In this document: one piece after another, positions 13,178 through 64,000 of the stretch
How positions within the stretch are numbered: position 1 is the stretch's first letter
Layout: every line of letters starts with the position of its first letter
Assembly (NCBI GenBank): GCA_020137815.1
Contig: CM035352.1
Span: 8,494,001-8,558,000 of the forward strand
Source of the DNA: Hormiphora californensis
Taxonomy: Eukaryota; Animalia; Ctenophora
DNA: 64,000 nucleotides
Direction of reading: 5' to 3'
Notes under the pieces: generated by a model
Databases searched by the model: none
Seen by the model: only the letters and a program-made list of their open reading frames with translations
Told to the model about the DNA's origin: nothing
Translations under genes and position numbers: made by a program

Positions 13178-13919
13178 ATGTTTCTTTGTCTTGTTGCTGC
13201 CATCCTGGTGGTGGGGGTGGAGGCTGATGTCAGTATCCTGACCTGCAAGTTCGGGGTCAAGGAAATGTCAAACGGGGTTATAACCGGGGACGAGGTAAGT
13301 GGAGTAGTAGTGCTAGAGGATCCCAATATATATATTAGACAAAACCATAACACTCCCCCGATAAATCGAGGTCCGACTGCATGAGGTGGCAAATGATATA
13401 ATGTCTCTAGATTGTAGTTTTACTACATAGGTGGTTGTGCCTCATATATGTAATGTTCGACGTTTGTCATTCGTGGCTATGTTCCCTTCCCTTGATCAAT
13501 TGAGTAGTACAGAAAACTTCCCTTCCCTTCCCCACACCACGCACCAGGTCATATTGGTCTCATAACCCCCTCCCTCCCCTGATAGCCACTGGTCCCTTCC
13601 TTTCCATCCCCTCTCCCACTTAATAACCCCCTCCCTCCCCTGATAGCCACTGCTCCATATCTACCCTTCCTCCCCTCTACCCATGATATAACCCATCTCT
13701 CTCCCAGACCTGTACGACAGCCCAATGATATAACCCATTTCTCTCGACTCTCTCTCTCAGACCTGTACGACAGCCGTGCGAGGAAGATGCTCCAAGACGG
13801 TATATTTTGATACCAACATGATCGTCTACTCGTGCAATGCATGCCCTACAAAGAAGACCGCCACTATGAGCATGTGTCAAGACTGCGGCAACTACGATTT
13901 CTGTTCTAGTGACTTGTAA
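13178..13919 (+). CDS. Secreted 8-Cys three-finger-like protein, copy 6, divergent (exons 13178-13294, 13761-13919)
   Basis: MFLCLVAAILVVGVEA-DVSILTCKFGVKEMSNGVITGDE|TCTTAVRGRCSKTVYFDTNMIVYSCNACPTKKTATMSMCQDCGNYDFCSSDL; phase-0 GT-AG intron. Confidence 0.8.
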
Positions 13920-14171
13920 GGGTAGAGATCTGTTCTAGTGACTTGTAACATATGTAACATGTGTAAGGGTAGAGATCTGTATAGCTAAGCGATTTAGAGC
14001 CAATATATTAGTAAAAAATGGGGCTACTGAGACAATAAAAAAGAGGATGAGAATGTGGGAGGAAGAAGTAGAATATGTAAAAGTAATTGATTACCAAAAC
14101 ATGATGAAAATCAAGTGTAAAAATTATACCAAAAACTAACAAAATCACACAATATCAACTGACTCTACAAG

Positions 14172-14834
14172 ACACCTACCACTTGTAATACGTTTCTCGA
14201 TTGTTACTCTTGTCAATTTGGTCTGGAAAAGGCGTCTCATTCCCCCTTTCTAACTCTACTAATTCACTTTATTCACTCCACAATCCCTTCTGAATGTTCC
14301 CCCAGCAGTCCCTAGCAATTATCAGAGTGATTACGTCACGTTGTTTTGTCCCGTCCCCTCTCTTCAGATAAAATCTCACACTTAGCACTCTTCTCTATTC
14401 TCTCCCTGTTTCATTCCCATGGCAACGCCTCCAAATGTATCGATCATGTCTTTGGAGATATTACACCACCAGCAGCCACTGTGTGGCGCGCATTTCCGCT
14501 TCAAATGCGCGGCTCAAACAGCTCTGAATCTTCAATTGCAATCCCTGGTTTGATAAAGGAGCACACTGCGGTAATCTGGTGCATAACACCTTCATTCTAC
14601 ACCTACCACTTGTAATACGTTTCTCGATTGTTACTCTTGTCAATTTGGTCTGGAAAAGGCGTCTCATTCCCCCTTTCTAACTCTACTAATTCACTTTATT
14701 CACTTCACAATCCCTTCTGAATGTTCCCCCAGCAGTCCCTAGCAATTATCAGAGTGATTACGTCACGTTGTTTTGTCCCGTCCCCTCTCTTCAGATAAAA
14801 TCTCACACTTAGCACTCTTCTCTATTCTCTCCCT
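14172..14834. repeat. Direct duplication of about 230 bp (about 14172-14406 and 14600-14834)
   Basis: Near-identical blocks CACCTACCACTTGTAATACG...CTATTCTCTCCCT, 428 bp apart. Confidence 0.85.
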
Positions 14835-15601
14835 ACCTCCCACCCCCTCCGCCCCGCCCCCTCCACCCCCGCCCCACCTCCCCCACCCCTGCCCTTCCCA
14901 ATTTAGAGCACTTTGTTACACAGGCCACTACAGCGACAATCCTTGTGTTTTGGTGCACTAAGTCGCTTATCACGTGTAACAGTTATCACTGGTCTTATCT
15001 ATATTATCCGACTTGTCTTCTAGAACATTTTACACTCTACGTTGGTACTGCCCCACGCCTTGTTTGTGTTCGATCGTCTTTTATCTTTACCTGTAACTGA
15101 AAGGAATACACCTCTCACCTCATCACCAACAACATCACGGTATCAATCATACATCAAATACTGTAAGTTCATCTGTATGTATTGACTGTTCATTCATTGT
15201 GTACAATTGATAATGTTACCGGTTTTAACCTTACCAACCAATTATTTGATTAGAGCTACTATAGACAGACTACCCCAGACCCAAGCTTGAGAAGTGTCCA
15301 CTCGACGGACCGTCGTCGTAACAAACAAACGAACAGGCTTACTTGCACAGCCACCCAAGCTTGAAAATCTGCCCCCTAACTTGTCATGTTGCTTATTCGC
15401 AAGATAACTGCAAATGTCCTCACGGGGCGGAGATGCGAAGAGTGCAACCGACCTTTAACCGTGGGGGCTGCGTAAGTGTCTGGCAAGTACAATGACTGAC
15501 TGACATTAAGAATGCCATGATATTAACTGACCACAACACGATGACAGACGCTATGACGAGGTTGCAATGTCGTTCTGCCCTAACGGGCAGAGTTTGGCAC
15601 G

Positions 15602-17036
15602 CTATAACCTATCTGTACCACCACCACCACCACTGACTCTACAACAGCCAGTATTTTCCCGTTTCCACACCATATGAAAGACCCTATCACATTGGAAGGA
15701 GTAGTTTCTATAAAACTGTTCAGCGGTTATCAGGTGACTAAAGGGAAGGACCATACTGTTCACACCTAACATGGTCCCCTCAGCACACCTCACCAATAAT
15801 CTCCCATCATGTAGGACAAACTGTCCGGGTCCTAAAACCTTACCCACCGCCTTGGTAGTCTCATCTTCCTCTGGTAAAAACACCGATCTGAGCTTCATAG
15901 TCCGGTCATTCCAACTGACCACAACAGAGAGTTTACTGAGTCCAACAAGCCGTGAAATATTATAAATCTCCCGTGCTGTTTGAACTTGTGGGCACACAAC
16001 AGACAGAGATTTCAGTTGGGAATGGTGTATTCGGGGAGCATGTGTTTCCTTGTCTCTTTCCTGGTCCCGGGGTGAGCCCACATCACTGGGGTGGTCCAAG
16101 TAGTAGTTGAGGGTGTGGGACATGTTCTCCCCCACATACCCCCACACCTCAGGACCGGTCATTGAGGTGGGGATGTTGAGGGGTCGCTGGTAGAGGATCC
16201 TGCCCTTGTCGAATGTTCCAGGTGCCACTTCTAGGATGGTTACTCCGGAGTCGGTGATGCCGTTCAGGAGAATGTGTTGGAGGGGAGCTCCACCCTGTAC
16301 AAATAAGAGGGGGGGTTAGAAATAGTTATAGGGATTAGCGGGGGGGGGGGGTTAGATATATACGTGACGTGGGTTAGAGAGCTTTATTGGGGGGGGGGGG
16401 GGTCTAGAGATCGTTACTATAGGGGATTAGAGAGCAATATATCGAGGAGGTTAGATATTGTAGTTGGGTTAGGACTAGCCGACTGGGATCATTAATGAAT
16501 GTCAATGTGAGAGCAGAGGGTATACAGGGGATTGAAGAATTGGATGGAATACATGCATAACAACTTCAATCGTATGTCATTTTGCAGAGATCTGGGAGGG
16601 ATCTGGGATTGTGGGGCATTGTTGCAAAGAGAGATCACCAAGATCACTAGCTTTACAAAACAGCTCCTCTTCTCTCTCTCTATCCCTCTCACTCTCTCTC
16701 GCTCCCCATCATTACCTGATGTTTGGGTATAAGTGAGGGGTGTACGTTGATAAATCCTCCCCCCACTCCCCGGATAACCCGTCCTGGAATGAGATTCCCA
16801 AAGCTCGCCACAACCCCCTGCCACTCCTCCAAATTGCCTCCTCTCCGAGGCACCCTCCCCTTCTCATACACCTCAACATCTATCTCGTGTTTGGCACAGT
16901 AACGGTGTACAGGTGTTGATGTGTTCTTCGTTACAACGTGGAGGGAGGTTAGATCAGGGCGACCGTGGAGACGAGATAGGACAGCTGTAGATAGGGTATC
17001 CGTGCCATAGAAAAGAAATCTCCTGCCACGTGTCAT
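15602..17036 (-). CDS. MTFMT: Methionyl-tRNA formyltransferase, mitochondrial type (exons 17036-16716, 16294-15602)
   Basis: Motifs FYGTD, VVASFG, INVHPSLIPKHQ|GGAPLQH..L.G...SGVTI....FDKGRIL; C-terminal PGQ...LLVRCAEG. Confidence 0.88.
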
Positions 17037-17268
17037 GGAACTAGAGAGGAAACAATTGATGTGACCTTCAGTGGCACTGTGTTGTGTCTAGTTTTACAGT
17101 GGTATATATACCACTGTAAAACTAGACACCATATATGGTGTTTTTATTTGGGCACGTGTCCAAGATGGTGGCAGCTAAAGACTGGTTAGATTTTAACAGG
17201 AAACAACTTCAAGTTTGGGGATCTCTGTAAAACACAATAAAACGCACATGTCTCTCTAATCCCCATTA

Positions 17269-17788
17269 TCATCCGCCGTGTAATGTAGATATAAACATGA
17301 TATTATCACCCTTTTCTAGTGGGTACTCCATCTCCCCAACTAATTCCCAGTCGGCATCGTTAACGAGTACTAGGATACCAGGTTTTACTGTTTGTCCCTG
17401 CATGAACAGCTCCGGTCGCTCCTGGGGAGGTTGTTTCGGGGTTAGCAGAGAAGGTGAAATGTAAATGGTTAGCTATCGAAATTCGGTGAGGAACAGAAAG
17501 AGAGAGAGGGAGAGAGAGTGAGTGAGAGAGAGAGAGAGAGATACAGTGGTCATCCGACATAATTGCCATATCTCGACGTGAACTTCGACGTGGAATTCGA
17601 CGAGGAATAGCAGGCGTTTGTAGTTATGAACGCCTGCTGCCCATGCCGCACGTGCCAATGTGCCGCGCACAGCAGGCGTTCATAACTACAAACGCCTGCT
17701 ATTTCTCGTCGAATTCCACGTCGAAGTTCACGTCGAGATGTGGCAATTATGTCGGATGACCACTGATAGAGAGATAGAAGGGTAGAGA

Positions 17789-17870
<82 letters not shown>

Positions 17871-18009
17871 ATACCTGAAGTAAGTTATCTCGTATCCATG
17901 GTAACAACTTGGCAATTGTCCAACCCTCCTCTGGTAAGGATAATTCATGTCGCTTCTTCCCATCAAATAATAACTCAGCCCCGCCTGATAGCTCAATCGT
18001 GATATTCAT
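17269..18009 (-). CDS. URM1: Ubiquitin-related modifier 1 (exons 18009-17875, 17421-17269)
   Basis: [15 protein letters not shown]...WIRDNLLQ|ERPELF...[15 protein letters not shown]...FISTLHGG; canonical URM1 sequence with C-terminal GG. Confidence 0.96.
17544..17765. mobile_element. MITE in the URM1 intron
   Basis: About 60-bp inverted arms CAGTGGTCATCCGACATAATTGCC...GGCAATTATGTCGGATGACCACTG, flanked by ATA on both sides, inserted in an (AG)n tract. Confidence 0.8.
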
Positions 18010-18228
18010 TGTTCTAGATGGAGAGAACATGAATTGTTTCATGATTAATTGCAGTTAATGTCTGATTTTATTAGCAAGTAAAACTTGATGGTTCCGTTTG
18101 TAAAATAATAAATTAAACAAATTAAAAACAATTTGCCGTCATATCTTCAGATATACCACTAACAAGTCCTTCTGACAGTGTTCATATAAAACCCCTAGTA
18201 GAAACAACAACACACTCAGTTAGGTCTC

Positions 18229-19104
18229 CTAAACTTGTTTTTCCTGAGCGGTTTATCATCTTCTGAAGACTCTGACAACTCCCCTGACTCCTCGTCCGTC
18301 TGCTCTTTCCTCTTCTTGCCCTTCTTTCCCATCAACTTAGTATACCTGAAAATATAATCCAGTTAGAAACACGTGTAACACGTGATGTGAAAAAGTATGA
18401 ACAAATCAACCCTGTTATTCATTACCTTCGATTAACCTCGGCGGCTGAGAGCCCATCCATTTCCTCTATCTCACCCTCTTCCAATTCTACCTCTTGACCA
18501 GCTGCCCTCCTTGCCCTGCAAAGAGAGGGTGAAATGACGTAATACGGTACCCTTTCCGCTATGTAACGTCTTGATGATATGAAACTTGGTGATATGAACA
18601 AGAACTTGATGATATAATGGACTCTTATCCTGTTTCAATCCTATTATAACAAACAGACTCACGCGAATTCAGCCATGAGTTTTTCCACATACGGGTTGAA
18701 TGCCTTGCTAGAAATTCGACCCAACTGACACAGATCTTCAACCTTAACGTAGCTTTCTGTGGGAAGAATTTGGGGAGTAATAATTGAGAGTTCATTTGTA
18801 TACTTGAACGATTGTGAAACATATTTAGACCATGTTTGGGAGTTGCAACCAAGCAGTACCCCCCAGTCGGAGTGCGATCATCCACAAATCAGTAACCAGA
18901 AATAAGTGGTAAATGGGATATACCTTCAATCTTGACAGTCCTCTGTTGAGTACCATGATGTGATATCCACTGAATATCCCTATCTGGTCCCTCGTCCCCA
19001 CTATCATCCTCCCTAAATACTGATCTTGACATGAACTTCATCTGTTTTATACTCTTACTCAGAGACTTTTTGTCCGGATTGTGACCCGCCCTGTTTTGTC
19101 CCAT
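18229..19104 (-). CDS. MPHOSPH6: M-phase phosphoprotein 6 (exosome cofactor MPP6), 4 exons
   Basis: LSKSIKQMKFMSR in exon 1 and EDLCQLGRISSKAFNPYVEKLM in exon 2 match the MPP6 motifs LSxxLLxMKFM and GRxSFxGFNPxVEKLM. Confidence 0.82.
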
Positions 19105-19381
19105 ATCGCTGTACTATAACTGCAATTGGAAGGGTTGGATATAATGCCGTGTAAAATAGAAGGGAAATGTGGTGATGTTGAGAGTTAAACACTCGTTGAA
19201 ACGTAAAGCTCAGTTATATATTATTTACACATTCACTACATAAAAATAAGGGTCAGATCAGCGGTATAATAGATTGTAATAAAGAAATAAACTGTTTTGA
19301 ATTATTCACAGAAATGGCATACAAAATACAGCTAATAAAATACAACATTGTCAGCTAAAAGAGAACGGAGCTGGGCCACTT

Positions 19382-20101
19382 TCACCACAGAGGATGCTTC
19401 TTAAACATGCCCTCCCAGTTTTTAACTCCACTCACATCCATTTTCTGGAGTAGGAAGGTCACCTGGAAAGATGTCTAGCGTTTAAATGTCAAATTAAATT
19501 ACCAGAACTTCTGGTCCAGAACAACAGTAGATTGGTGTTTTTCAAATTCTTTACCTGGCCGTTAATTTGTTTCAGATCTTCCTCAATTTTTGCATGTCGT
19601 CTATCCGGAAGTTCAATTATCGCCTTTTCTAAAGCAGATATTCTGTTGGATATTCCCCTGACGCGGTCCTAGAAGAATGAACTTTTAAACTTGGAAACCA
19701 GAAAAAAAATTAACGTAGCTACACAAAAAACAACCCAATTATCTCGTATAAGATAACCTGCAGATATTTACCTCAATGGAGTACGTTGCATCATTTTCAA
19801 TACTCCGTTCATCGAGAGGCAGTGTTGAGTGAGGTTTAACCGCTTCCAGACTGAACGGTTCTTCCCTTGTATTTGATGTGAGGCTCTGGTAAGAGAATGG
19901 GATCACTGATCCACTATAGTTTCGTAGTTTTAAGATCAAACTGTCGTCCATTATGTCACATTTCCTCGTTAGGAGCTGTTTTATTTCCTCCGAGGTCTGA
20001 TTTTCGTAAATAATCATCGATGTCAGCTCTTCATTTCCATCAATGAGCTTCAAATTGATATAAACTTGCTTCTTATTTCGTGTATGCTGGTTGGAGGGCA
20101 T
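19382..20101 (-). CDS. Uncharacterised ~175-aa protein, 3 exons; N-terminal alpha/beta domain, coiled coil, C-terminus WEGMFKKHPLW
   Basis: Exons about 20101-19772, 19668-19555, 19463-19382 join in phase 0 with GT-AG introns; a CpG-rich promoter-like region lies upstream. Confidence 0.75.
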
Positions 20102-20179
20102 GTTTTAACAGCAGCGGGGATCGGAACGAAATTTTTGGAAAAAAAGGTCGCCGTTTTAATTTTTGTCAGGAAAATTTAA

Positions 20180-20440
20180 TTTTTTGGGCTTATTTTGTTC
20201 GCGCGCGCTTGATGAGAAAATGACTTTTACTTTGCGCCGCGCTTATTAAATAGTTACTTTTCCGCGCGTTACATCAGTATCGCCATCGTTATTAATAACG
20301 GAATTCCGTTTGAGTTCCGTAAAAGGGCAGTGAAACAATTTAGCTTTAAAGATCGTAAAACATAAAATCCCATCTTACAAAAGGATAATGTTGCACACAA
20401 TACGCCAAAAAGCAACACAACACAGCGCCGCGCCGTTGAT
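20180..20440 (-). promoter_or_regulatory. Putative promoter of the four-gene array
   Basis: Cluster of CGCGCG/GCGCCGCGC motifs in otherwise AT-rich DNA just upstream of the first gene; function inferred. Confidence 0.35.
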
Positions 20441-21181
20441 TTTGAATTTTAAGTTGAACTTGAAGTTCAACTTGAACTTGTGAAAGTGAAACAAAATTAA
20501 ATTCAAACTGAGTTTAACACTCTCAAAAATTCTAGCTCACATCTCTTTATATTCACAAACTCGTAAACAGTTTTAATCCTAAATTAGAAAATAAATCATG
20601 AACTTCTGCATCTATGAAAATGAGAAAAGCCTGTATAGTAGTATTTACAGCTTGAACTGCTAAATATTGGTTAAGGTTAGGAAAATCAAGTAAAAAAGGA
20701 AAAGGTAACATGCTGTATGAATGCTTAAGTAAAGTGAATAAATTATTTTGTAACTAGGTATACCTTGATGTGAATCTTTATTAGAACAGTTTGAACGTTA
20801 TTTAAATATTAAAGGGGTTCTGAATATACTTCTACAGTAAAACTAAATCAAAATGGGTTGTTCTATAAACTTTTCGGAGTAAAGTATCCTCATAGTAAAA
20901 TAACAGGCCAAAAAAATCTGATAAACCTCCAACTTGCACACTCAAATCTAAACTGTCTGGCGCCGCCGACCCCATCTGTGCGCACTGTCGCGCTCAGAAT
21001 CAAATTGGGGTCTGGCGCCGCCAGACAGAATCTAAACAGCCAGTAAATTAGTTTTTAACCACGATATATTCAGCATTTATATTACCCGATATAATTTGTA
21101 ACATAACTCACGCAAACAAACACAAAGTCACCATCTCTATTTCACAACAGTAACTCTCCAGCCGTCTCCACTCTCCAGGAT

Positions 21182-54929
<33,748 letters not shown>

Positions 54930-56724
54930 CTTGGGACAAGAAATGGGTTAGTTTGGGGGCGAGAGAGAGAGAATTTCAATAGCAATGCTATGGGTGTACT
55001 CAGTACTGTCGGCGTAGTACACAGCGTTTATTATAGCCCGAATTTGAACACCTGTTCAATTAATTAGCAAAGGAAAGATAGAGAGATGGAAAGAAAGATA
55101 GAGAGAGGGGCGCTGGGAATTCCAAAACTGGAGATACATAGAACACGTATCATTTTCCAGTTTAGATTACACCTAAATTTTTCTCTTTTTAAAAAACTTC
55201 CCTTGAACTGCTTTGCTGATAAAGAGAGACAAAATCTTTTGACGCTTTTAGAAACTAATTAGTGTTCAGTGTTCATACGAGTTTTGCCTTTGTTAACTGT
55301 GCCGGCTTCATATATAATTCAGGAACTGTTCGCCTTTACTTCACCTTTGCCCTTCCAAACCCTCACACAGCTCGCTCTGTTACTATATGAAATGCAGCGT
55401 GAGCTAGACAAATTCACCTCTCAACAACCTTCATACCCACTTTCGAATGACATGGGAAAGCGAGGCAAATATGCTTTCTCAATTCTAAACATGTTTCCCT
55501 GGACGTGAGAAACATCAGCACGTTAGAAAAATGGAGAATTGCTGGTTGTATCATGTTTTCCAGCCGAGTATCACTTATTTTCATCTCTTCAACATGTAGT
55601 TGTTTGAGAGAGGGAGAGGTTCCACGTCAAGCCTTCAAAATCTCAAAATCTCCCAGTATAATAGCAGGAGCTAGAATTCTTGGCATAAGAACCCCCATCC
55701 CTCCAGTACTATGAAGGGCTACTGAACCGGGGTCTGCGGTTTTGAAAGCAGTGTTTCGTAACTGCGTGAGGTGCAGTGGATTTCAAGGCTCCATGACCAC
55801 AAAATTAGTCGAGGCTCACCACACGGAGTATAAATTTAAACTTCTGCCCCAAACTCCTCATTATATCGCTTTTAGAAATCTGTCTACCGGCACCGAGTAC
55901 CGACCTGATACGCAGGAAAGGCGGTTGTGTGGTGTCGAGTAAAACTGGCTATTTCTTCGGCGCTAAACAGTGCTTGCAGTAGTACTTTGCAGTTTTTGTT
56001 GTGTAAACCATTTCGGAAGCTTCCCAGCCCGGCATATATATTGAGTTTCGCACTGAGAATCTCAGACGTTTCTCACTGAGAATCTCAGACAGTTTGCTTA
56101 CACAACCACGACCAGCAGTCGGTTGTCAGTGTTCGTTATACCCATGAACTCCGTGTAGTTACACTCAGCTCCTCCCAGCTGTACTCGTATATAATAGTTG
56201 TTGATCTAATAGTTCTACGGAGAGGCCTAGTGGTAGGACTAGATGGACACATGTTTCTCATAACCACGTGTACTCATTATCTCTATACATGTGTGCATCT
56301 ATAATAGCTATAAAGAGGGAGGACCATTAGCCCTCTCTTCTAGCTCGGCAATAAAATAATAATTATACTATTGATAAAACTATTGATGCGAGGACTCTCG
56401 GAGGCGGAAGGTCTATGCAAAATCTGAGACCTTCGAGAGACGTTATTCTTCGTTTATTATGCTATGTTGTTTGTATGCAGTTGAGCGCACTGTAGAGGAT
56501 CAAAACGGGGTCTGGCGCCGCAAGATACAGTTCCGCACAATTCACTCGTTCAATAATATCAACCCAAGAGACTGATTTATGCCACAATAAAATCACCCCT
56601 CATCCAGACCTCATATATAAGCTCACCAATATGATTGATCCCCACTATACAATCACTCACCCCTCATCCAACAAGATGATTCATCCCCTTATTCCCCTGT
56701 TCCCCCATCTCTCAAGGAAGAAAC

Positions 56725-58423
56725 ATGTATGACGGAGGAGATATACCCCTGGAGTTTAGAGATGCAATCGGGGAGTTCAACCGGGCCACGGATCTCTTCT
56801 TGGGACTGGTACTGGCCCTGGCAGCCATCATTGGTATACCAGCCAACATCATGGCACTCAGGTATGTTGCTATAGAAACAAGGATATATTATGAAAAATC
56901 TTACCTTTAGCGGCAACAACCGCTAACATCAAATTTGCCCATTACCATGGTAACCATGGTAACTATGGTAACCTCGGTAACTGCATTACAGGTACTTCAT
57001 TGGCGAGCACATCGAAGAGAGAAAAAAGATCAGGGGAGGGCGAAGCAACAAGCACTATTTCACTACCCTCTACATCTTGATTTCATTCCTGGATCTTCTC
57101 ACCTCTCTAACATCATTCCCTGTCATGGCTGTACTATTCAACGAGCGCACAAAGGTAGGTAGAGAGAGCGGAGATTTGAGTAGTGGAGTCAAACACTTTC
57201 GCAAAACATTTGTCCCTGAGGCCTGAGCATTGGATAGGTTCATATCCAAAAGATCCTGCACCCTAGTTACATTCAACACCTACTTGATTCTATAAAACCA
57301 CCATCTACAGATTCAAACCCTACTTATATCACCACCATCTACCCTGCAGGGATTGTACGATACCAAGATATTCTGTGCAGTTTGGGCTGTCATATGGGAG
57401 ATAATCCCTGAATACTCTGTTTTTCTTGTTGGCTTCCTAGCATTCTCCCGACTCTACTCCATCTACAGGTACACAGATTAAACTAGACTCCCTAAATTAT
57501 CTTGCCTAGCTCGACCCTCTTTTCGCGAGCTCCACCCGTGTAAAGGAGAGTTAGAACATAACAAAGATTATCTAGGCTCCCTAGAAAATGTTACCAGTAA
57601 CAGAATAGTTTCGCATTCCTTATTAACTTCTTTATTGATCTCTCTCTACATTTTCAGGACAAGTAACAAACTGAGATATTGGTGCATTAAGTATGTGGTA
57701 TTCCTATACCTTGCCATCCTGATATCCTGCAAAGTTACCGCACCATTCGCTTACGTTCTGGACAACCCCATTAATGAAACATCCTTCTTCAACTCCTCCA
57801 CTGTTAAATTCAACCAACACTCCTGCTATTGTTTCGTGAACACGAGGAAGATAAACCAAGCAATATGGGAAGTCTACGCTATCTCCACAACAGTTCTCAA
57901 TGTTGTGCCCCTACCTCTCATCCTCTCAACTTGTGTGTTCACCGTGCACAAGATTAAGAAGAGTATAAACAAGGGACGCTCCATGGCAGCGGATACAACA
58001 AAACAATACAACGCGAGTGTAACGGTCGTCATAGTAACCACAATCTACATTGTCTACAACATCCCCTCCCTGATAAACTATATCATGTTCAGCATTGCAT
58101 CTCTTCTCGGGGGCAATGAATACTTTAATATATACGGTAATGAGACGCTGTACTGGTATGCCTGGGTGTTCACCACCATCGTGACGACATGTCTAAACGC
58201 TGCTACAAACCCCATAGTATACTTCTGTAGAATGGAGGGGTTCAGGAGGTTTGTGTCCTCGTTAGAACTACCCAAAACACCCGGGTCAACTATTACTAGG
58301 TCTGCAAGGAAGAACTCAGCCGGGGGAGCCAATAGTAGGGTGTTGGCATCTCCTGTTTCAATGATGGAGGCACAAAGACTGGACCCGGACAATAGTAATA
58401 GAACGGATAAAACATCCCTGTAA
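56725..58423 (+). CDS. Rhodopsin-like (class A) GPCR (exons 56725-56861, 56992-57154, 57350-57468, 57658-58423)
   Basis: TM1 GIPAN, TM2 LISFLD, TM3 C...SVFLVGFLAFSRL (DRY variant), TM6 YNIP, TM7 NAATNPIVY; exon phases are compatible. Confidence 0.9.
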
Positions 58424-58608
58424 TTTCACTTTTTCTTGTATGAGATCTTGTTTGGTGAATGAATTTATCTAGGTCTTGTTATTCCTTGCTTTTCTCCTGC
58501 TTTTTTAAACAGATGCCTTTTTACTTTCCTCCTACCCTCTCATACAACGGTTGCCCACACGTGGAACAAACCACATTTTCGGTGCTGATATTGGGATAAT
58601 TTTTGGTA

Positions 58609-63828
<5,220 letters not shown>

Positions 63829-63837
<9 letters not shown>

Positions 63838-64000
63838 CTGGGGAGGGTGGAGGGTAACAGGTACCTGGGGAGGGTGGAGGGTAACAGGTACCTGGGGAGG
63901 GTGGAGGGTAACAGGTACCTGGGGAGGGTGGAGGGTAACAGGTACCTGGGGAGGGTGGAGGGTAACAGGTACCTGGGGAGGGTGGAGGGTAACAGGTACC
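63829..64000 (-). repeat. 27-bp tandem repeat spanning the FERM exon acceptor
   Basis: AACAGGTACCTGGGGAGGGTGGAGGGT, 6 or more copies; on the minus strand each copy reads CCCTCCCCAG|GTACCTGTT. Confidence 0.92.

Noticed and set aside
14172-15160. LTR pair or TRIM element
   Set aside because: No TG...CA ends with a matching TSD, and no PBS or PPT that I could identify; kept as a plain duplication.
55269-56200. Degenerate coding region or extra RhoGEF exon
   Set aside because: Only short ORFs, with no recognisable motifs or convincing splice pairs.

Overview
Eukaryotic (animal) genomic DNA with spliceosomal GT-AG introns, abundant (AG)n microsatellites and MITEs. The style (nested intronic genes, GPCR type, acceptor sites just before start codons) suggests a ctenophore, but that is inference. 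From left to right: (1) 0.7-14 kb, six two-exon genes for small secreted 8-Cys proteins with a three-finger/Ly6-uPAR-like Cys pattern, mostly missed by the ORF track; (2) 15.6-20.1 kb, four tightly packed minus-strand genes (uncharacterised gene, MPHOSPH6, URM1, MTFMT) arranged like an operon; (3) 21.2 kb to beyond 64 kb, a minus-strand RhoGEF whose exons I could splice in phase into FERM-DH-PH-FYVE-PH (one stretch lies in poor-quality sequence). Its introns hold an antisense TRPA-like channel gene, an antisense class A GPCR gene, nested DNA transposons, a Helitron relic and two LINEs. The standout is an apparently intact CR1/L2-group LINE whose ORF1 fuses an AlkB-type 2OG-Fe(II) dioxygenase (catalytic residues intact) to an SGNH esterase, and whose ORF2 carries a hydrophobic leader ending in a 2A-like NPGP motif. 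The region at about 40.0-41.9 kb looks like base-calling artefact. All gene models were assembled by eye; no database searches were run.
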